Assembly (NCBI GenBank): GCA_965153355.1
Contig: OZ231126.1
Location: 30,132,001 to 30,196,000, forward strand
DNA length: 64,000 nt
Source: Flaccisagitta enflata
Lineage: Eukaryota
Direction of reading: 5' to 3'
Shown: one piece after another, positions 57,809-64,000 of the stretch
Numbering within the stretch: position 1 is the first letter of the stretch
Layout: every line of letters starts with the position of its first letter
Translations under genes and position numbers: made by a program
Notes under the pieces: model-generated
The model's database searches: none
Told to the model about the DNA's origin: nothing
What the model saw: only the letters and a program-made list of their open reading frames with translations

Positions 57809-58854
57809 GTGCAGACATCGCATTAGATTTCGATCGCGAAAAAAAAGAAAACGGTTGCCGATGGAATTTGTAAAAAGGAAACCGGCGATCGTTCTAAAAT
57901 CAACAGCCCCATCTTGTGTCAGCGTTATGGTCTCAAACTCAGTCATCAGTCGTATTTGACACACCTGAAGTGTTCCATATTCATTCACTTATTCTTTCAA
58001 GCGCGCATAATGGCCTTCTTTGCTTCTTCACCCATTGTACTGCTATATTGAAAGTTGAATGCAAATTTTCATTAGTCTCACTTACTTGTGTACAAAAATG
58101 TGCAAAGAAATTTGCATCTTAAAATCTCCTCTAGCTCTCATCACATTTCCATTTGTTTGGGTCGTTTTAGCCTCCAAATTGGCAATTGACGCATCTCACT
58201 GGTTGCGAACAAATTGGCGGCACCAACGTCGTACTCATAGTTACACATAGCGTAATTACGAAGGCTTCATTGGCATCATCTGCAGGAAACCGTTACATTT
58301 TCCATGTTGAGTGTTTTACTCTTTAGGCTAAACCAATCGGTCAAATTCCGGGATGATTTTTATTTCTTTTTTTCAAAAATATACTTGGAGCGTTAGTGGA
58401 ATGCTACTGGGCACGGGCGGCATAGCTGATTCAATGGAGAACGGCGACGCGTTGAAGACTGGAAGGTAAGTATAAGGGATCGCCTCGCAACAAAGATATC
58501 GCTCATTCGTTTTAGTCTTGACAGGGATTTTAACGTAATGATACAACTGGTAATGATACGCTCAAGATATGAAAAGACAAAAATAAAGAAAAAAAAAAAA
58601 CAGAAACAGAAAAAAAAATCATCTATGATCCTGGCATTACGGAATGTACTCTTTATTTTTATAAGAACCTTAACCTTAATTTTATAAGAACCTTAACCTT
58701 AATTTCCCTAATTACTTTATTCTATTTTATAAGAACCTTAACCTTAATTTCCCTAATTACCTACTCTTTACCATAAGAACTTAACCTTAATTTTATAAGA
58801 ACCTTAACCCAATAATTACTTATTCATTTTATAAGAACTAACTTAAAATTTATT

Positions 58855-59267
58855 ACCACGCGACTAAGGTTTGTTGACCTAAAGGAAATAAAGGTAATAA
58901 AGGTAATAAAGGTTATTAAGGTAACTAAAGTAATAAAGGTAAAGCCCTTAGTACCCACAACAGCCCAGTACTCTAAAAGTAACTAATGTAACCTAAAGTA
59001 CACTGCAATAAGTTTTAAGGACCTAGAGTACCCAAAGTACCCAAAAGTACCTAAAGTAACCTTTAAATACCTATAGTACCCTGAAGTAATCTTAACACCT
59101 ATAGTACCCTTAAGCAATCTTTGTACCCTAAAGCACCCTCATACCCTTAAGTACCCTTAAAGTACCTTTAAAATGAAGATTAGAGCCATATTTCAAAAAA
59201 GTTACGTGACGGACAGACCGACAGACCGACACAGCGGCTTCTAGAGTCGCGTTCACGCGACTAAAAA
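58855..59267 (-). mobile_element. Truncated HINE-like family A copy with AGGTAATAA / GTACCCTAAA arrays
   Basis: gacggacagaccgac...tagagtcgcgttcacgcgactaaaaa end; normal aacaaggcc end missing. Confidence 0.6.
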
Positions 59268-59297
59268 TCATCTATGATCCTGGCATTACGGAATGTA

Positions 59298-59446
59298 CTC
59301 TTTATTCTTATAAGAACCTAGTTTATAAGAGCATCAAGGCTTCAAAATGCCCTAAAATTAAGAACATTGTAGTTATTTTATTAGTAGCTACCTCTATCGC
59401 TTTTGTAGGCTTCAAAAAAAAATGATGTTCTTATAAAAACAAAGTG
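59298..59446. mobile_element. Short TAAGAAC-type MITE
   Basis: ta|CTCTTTATTCTTATAAGAAC...GTTCTTATAAAAACAAAGTG|ta. Confidence 0.7.
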
Positions 59447-60159
59447 TATTTCATACTTCAATTTTTTCTTAAGCCTTCAAAAGAGATCGAGATAACTGAG
59501 AGATACGTACATACTACTACACTTTTCATTCTGAAGCTTTCTTAAGCTTTGTTCTCGCTAAGTATGTTTTATAAAGAAACAAAGCCGGATACTTAACAAT
59601 TCAGTCGCAGAGGGTTGGGCAGGAGCAGTAATGCAAACTCCGCTCGCAGTTTAGAATTCAGAGTCGAGTCACCGGACTAAGATAGTGAACCTTATTAAGT
59701 TGATTTTCACCTTTGAATCAATCATCTTAAAGATCTGGACAAAGCCTGCAGCGCCACCTCCTCTACGCTTCCATACACATGTTGCAGAGTCGCCTACGAC
59801 AGACTGTACCCACGAGCATGAAAACGGACAAATTTCCAGAAACAAGCAATGGAAATTCTTCGCGACGGCAAAGACAATAACTTTCAAGAATGCGGAAAAC
59901 TGTGGTCAAAAACTTCATTTGGTACTTGTGCGTTGAAGAGTTGAAGACCACGCCTTACGCCTAAAGCAACGATGACGTTTCGAAGCCAACAGAGATTCGG
60001 AGCTCACATCCCATCAAACAATTCTTCAACACGCCGTTTTTAGCAACCACAGTGAGAAATGTATTGAACAGAAAGACAAAGAAAGATGGAGACAGGGTAC
60101 GAGAGACAAAGAAAGCGAAACAGACCGAGTGCAAGAAAGGCACAGAGACAGACAAAGAC

Positions 60160-60249
<90 letters not shown>

Positions 60250-61399
60250 GCAGACAGACACAGACAGACGTAGACAGACGTAGACAGACACACAGACAGA
60301 AACAGATAATGTCAGATGAAGAGACAGACAGAGAGGAGGCATAAGGGAGGGAGCAACTCGACGCGTCATTCACACTTTTTAGTCGCGGACACGCAACACT
60401 ATAAGAGACGTCCATCCGTCCATTGGTCCGGCCATTGGTCCGGCCATTGGTCCGTCTGTCAGCACAAGTCGAAAAGTGGGAAAGTGAGCTTTTTAGAAGT
60501 TTTTTGTGTATGACTGTATGACTGTATGTGTGGGTGTGGGAAGAGGGGTTGGGTAGGGAGTGGATGGGGGTTGGCCGCCCCTGCCCACCCGTCCGCAACA
60601 ATATTGTGACCCCACATCACTTGCTTGAAGGGGTGTCATTAATTACCGAATGATGCATGGACAATACGCATATATACTATCTAGGAAATAAATATACGGA
60701 CACCTAATCATGATTATAGCAGCTAAACTTCAATATCTAATGAAGAAAAGTATGCAAATCCACAAGCTATGGCAAAAAATCTTTCATTCAAGAGCAAGCA
60801 GAGCTCAGTAGCTCAATCCGTTTTCAATTGACAGGGTTTTGAAGAAAGACTTGTTTTTCCAAAATCTGATTTGGAGGTTTTTAGCACAAATTTTTAAAGG
60901 ATAACCTTCATTGAAAAAGCTCCTAAATCAAAACTAATCGACCAAAATATTTTTGCTTGGCCTTGTTAGATCATATTTTTGACAAATTTTTTGATCGTTG
61001 AAAAGAATTGAAATAAATTAAAGAAACAAGGACGGTTACAAAGCCAAGAAGTAGTCACCTGTGGGTTAGCGGGGCTATAATGCTTTAAAATCGTTAATTT
61101 GAATCGAAATAATTCATCACAAACGCTTCATCCAGCTCAGGATTGAACTGCTGCATCGATTTCAAGCGGAACATGTTCGGGACAACGGACCGCGAAGGAC
61201 AACACAAAACGCCGTCGCTAGAGATTTTCAAGATCTTGGTCTCAATCTGAGAAGTGAGGACCCGTTTAAAGAAAACCAGGTAAAAACTTCCATTGACTCT
61301 CTCTTATTTCCTCCCTTTAACCTCTTAGTTCCTCCCGTTTCGATCATGGCATGAATGCACGGGTATTTTGACACAATCTTATGAGTGAAAGTGCAAGTG

Positions 61400-61543
<144 letters not shown>

Positions 61544-61552
61544 GAGAAACAC

Positions 61553-61663
<111 letters not shown>

Positions 61664-63219
61664 GACAGAGGCTGAGACAGACTAAGACAGCCAAAAACGA
61701 CTTTTGTTCTGCTGATGATATGCCTATCTTTTTGAATTCACCTTTTCGTGGTAGTTTTAAAGAATGAATAATGGTGAGATTTTAGCGACGATGATTTTTT
61801 TTTTCAAATTGTTCATGACTACATACATAGTTATGCAGAAATCGGACAAACGCAGAAAGTGATGAATTGCCAAGTATCAAATATCAATCAATCAAAGATA
61901 ACTAATTTCATGCTCAGGAATCTTCTGCACAGGATAATTCGCTGGTGCGATGACGGAACTGTTGACGCAGAAATGGAGATGTCATAAACATCAGCTCACT
62001 CAAGGACATGGATACCGTTGGACTAATTTGGTCTCTTTAGGGGGTCTAATTCTCTAATCTTCTTCTCTGAATAGATTATGTCAACAGCGATAGCATGAAC
62101 TTTCTTCAGTTTTTGTCCAGGGCGTGTGAGGCAAGCGCTATCTTGAGCCAATCCTGTACATTGGCTCATGCAGTGATACGCTTTTTTTAACATTTGTAAT
62201 TCGTCTAATAAAATTACGTTTTGCATTCATATTTGTTTGATTTACTGAGATTTTTGCTCAAGACCACATGAGAGATCAAGAGCATATGAAATAAGGCTTT
62301 CGCTGTTTAATTTGGCCTTGAGCAGAAACCTCATTTGCATACAGTTGTAACTTCAATGTTCATCATCAATTAGCTAGCGAAGGTGAAAACGCACAGGACG
62401 GCCAGTTCTTAGGGACCAAAACTGAATCATAATATCCCACTTTAAGAAATGAAGAAAACAGGCTGATTGTTTGCAGAAGTAAAAGGAAAAAAATGTTTTG
62501 TTGGGCATTAAATCATCGAATTCCGTAGAAAGTTATGGGAAAACGTGTTCGGAAGACGGTACGGGAAAAAATGTCAGGGCAATGTTTTGATTTGAAATTG
62601 GGAAATGAGATTCAGTTTCGGCAGATGCTATATGCAATAGGTTTGGGTACTTCACCCAACATAAGTTGGGAGTATCCCTTTGCACTTGCATTATGTAGAA
62701 GAACACAAATCATAAAGATGTCATGTAAAGAGAATTGGCGCATATTTCTTTCATGACTTAATCGTTCCAACTACTCAATCCTTAATTCATTACAAGGCTC
62801 CACGTCACCACTCCCGTTGCTGCAGCATCGGCCTCTGAAACGAAACCCGAATCTGCAGATTGGGGATTTAAAAAAACTGCCCTGCGTGAGTTATGTACAG
62901 ATTAAACCGCCTCGAGACTCTCAAAATAAGCGTATGAAAAAATCGAACTGAATTCTCCGCCGTATATCGACAGTGTCGAATGGAAGAAGGTAAAAAGAAA
63001 CTGAACTGGAACCACTGTCATAATACGTATGTACTTGTACATGTAACAAGCTAGTCTACAATTACTCGAGGAAAAGGAATTGTATCTCAAAGATGGTGCC
63101 AACGATTGAATTGAATGCCTCATAACAAAAGAACTAAAGGATGAAATGGCCACGCCCCAGGCGGCGTGTTTAAGCTATGCTACAAAGCAGTGGCGAAGAA
63201 CCCAAAGAGTAAGTGTTGC

Positions 63220-63308
<89 letters not shown>

Positions 63309-64000
63309 GAACCGTGCATTGTGCAACAGCACAGAGTATTGTTGAGGCGATCATGGAGTTGAGATATTGAAATTGAAAGCTGAGAAATGTCTAGTTGGAC
63401 AGTATGATAGATGAATTGTAGTTTATACGAAGCTAGCAATTAAAGAAAATACATAAACTCACCCCGCCGCCCCCCCCCCCCCATCACAGATATTGCAAAT
63501 GTCATTCGAGTTGTACTCGCATTTGGGCTGGCCGCAACGTCTCCAGGGTCAAATGTTACCGGAAGTTAGGCGCCAGTCGCGAATCCGCAGCCGACGATGC
63601 TGATCCGGATCAACATATATCATCGAAACGCTAGAGCGTAGGGCCCCGAACCTAGAAAAAAAAAAAGAGAAAATGAAAAAGTATGTTTTTGCGGTCATTG
63701 GCCTCACTGCCTAAATGCTCTAGTGACCTCAAAAACTGCCCCTGACCATCCGCATGCGACTGGGGTAGCTGTGTATCTGACCTTTCTATCCAAGAAACTG
63801 TTTCAATCAGTGAAGAGCAGATACTACGACGTTTGCAAAAATCGTATACATAAGTCATAACACGTCTCAAAAATATAGGCAGGGGAAGGTAAAGAAGAAA
63901 GGGGCCCTCCGTGCCACAGGCCAAGCACAGGGGCCCGCGCCATGTTGACCCGGTTCAGCCACAATGGTGTTGCTGCTCTTGCAGCCGACGCTCTCTTGCT

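Noticed and set aside
58661..58850. Telomeric repeat
   Set aside because: CCTTAA occurs only as pairs within a local mosaic, not as a (TTAGG)n or (TTAGGG)n run.
59685..60050. Unique-looking segment as a plus-strand coding exon
   Set aside because: All frames close within ~85 codons and no family motif was recognised.

Overview
Microsatellite-rich, AT-rich eukaryotic (invertebrate metazoan) genomic DNA. The only well-supported host gene is the 5' part of a minus-strand TANC/rolling-pebbles-like gene: a C3HC4 RING exon at 6641-7036 spliced in phase to a low-complexity exon at 59-720, plus a possible upstream exon at 43042-43312. Almost all other ORFs in the track are translations of simple repeats. 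The rest is dense, often nested, non-autonomous transposon sequence: (i) four unrelated fold-back elements with CAC...GTG ends and 4-bp target duplications (Chapaev/CMC-like); (ii) TA-flanked Tc1/mariner-type MITEs and one deleted Tc1 with D35E spacing; (iii) at least four families of DINE-1/HINE-like (Helentron-type) elements, roughly 30 copies, many with different central tandem arrays; (iv) LINE remnants, one sitting inside a (TC)n tract; (v) several minisatellite arrays. No tRNA, rRNA or CRISPR array was seen. Family assignments rest on structure and recalled motifs, not database searches.
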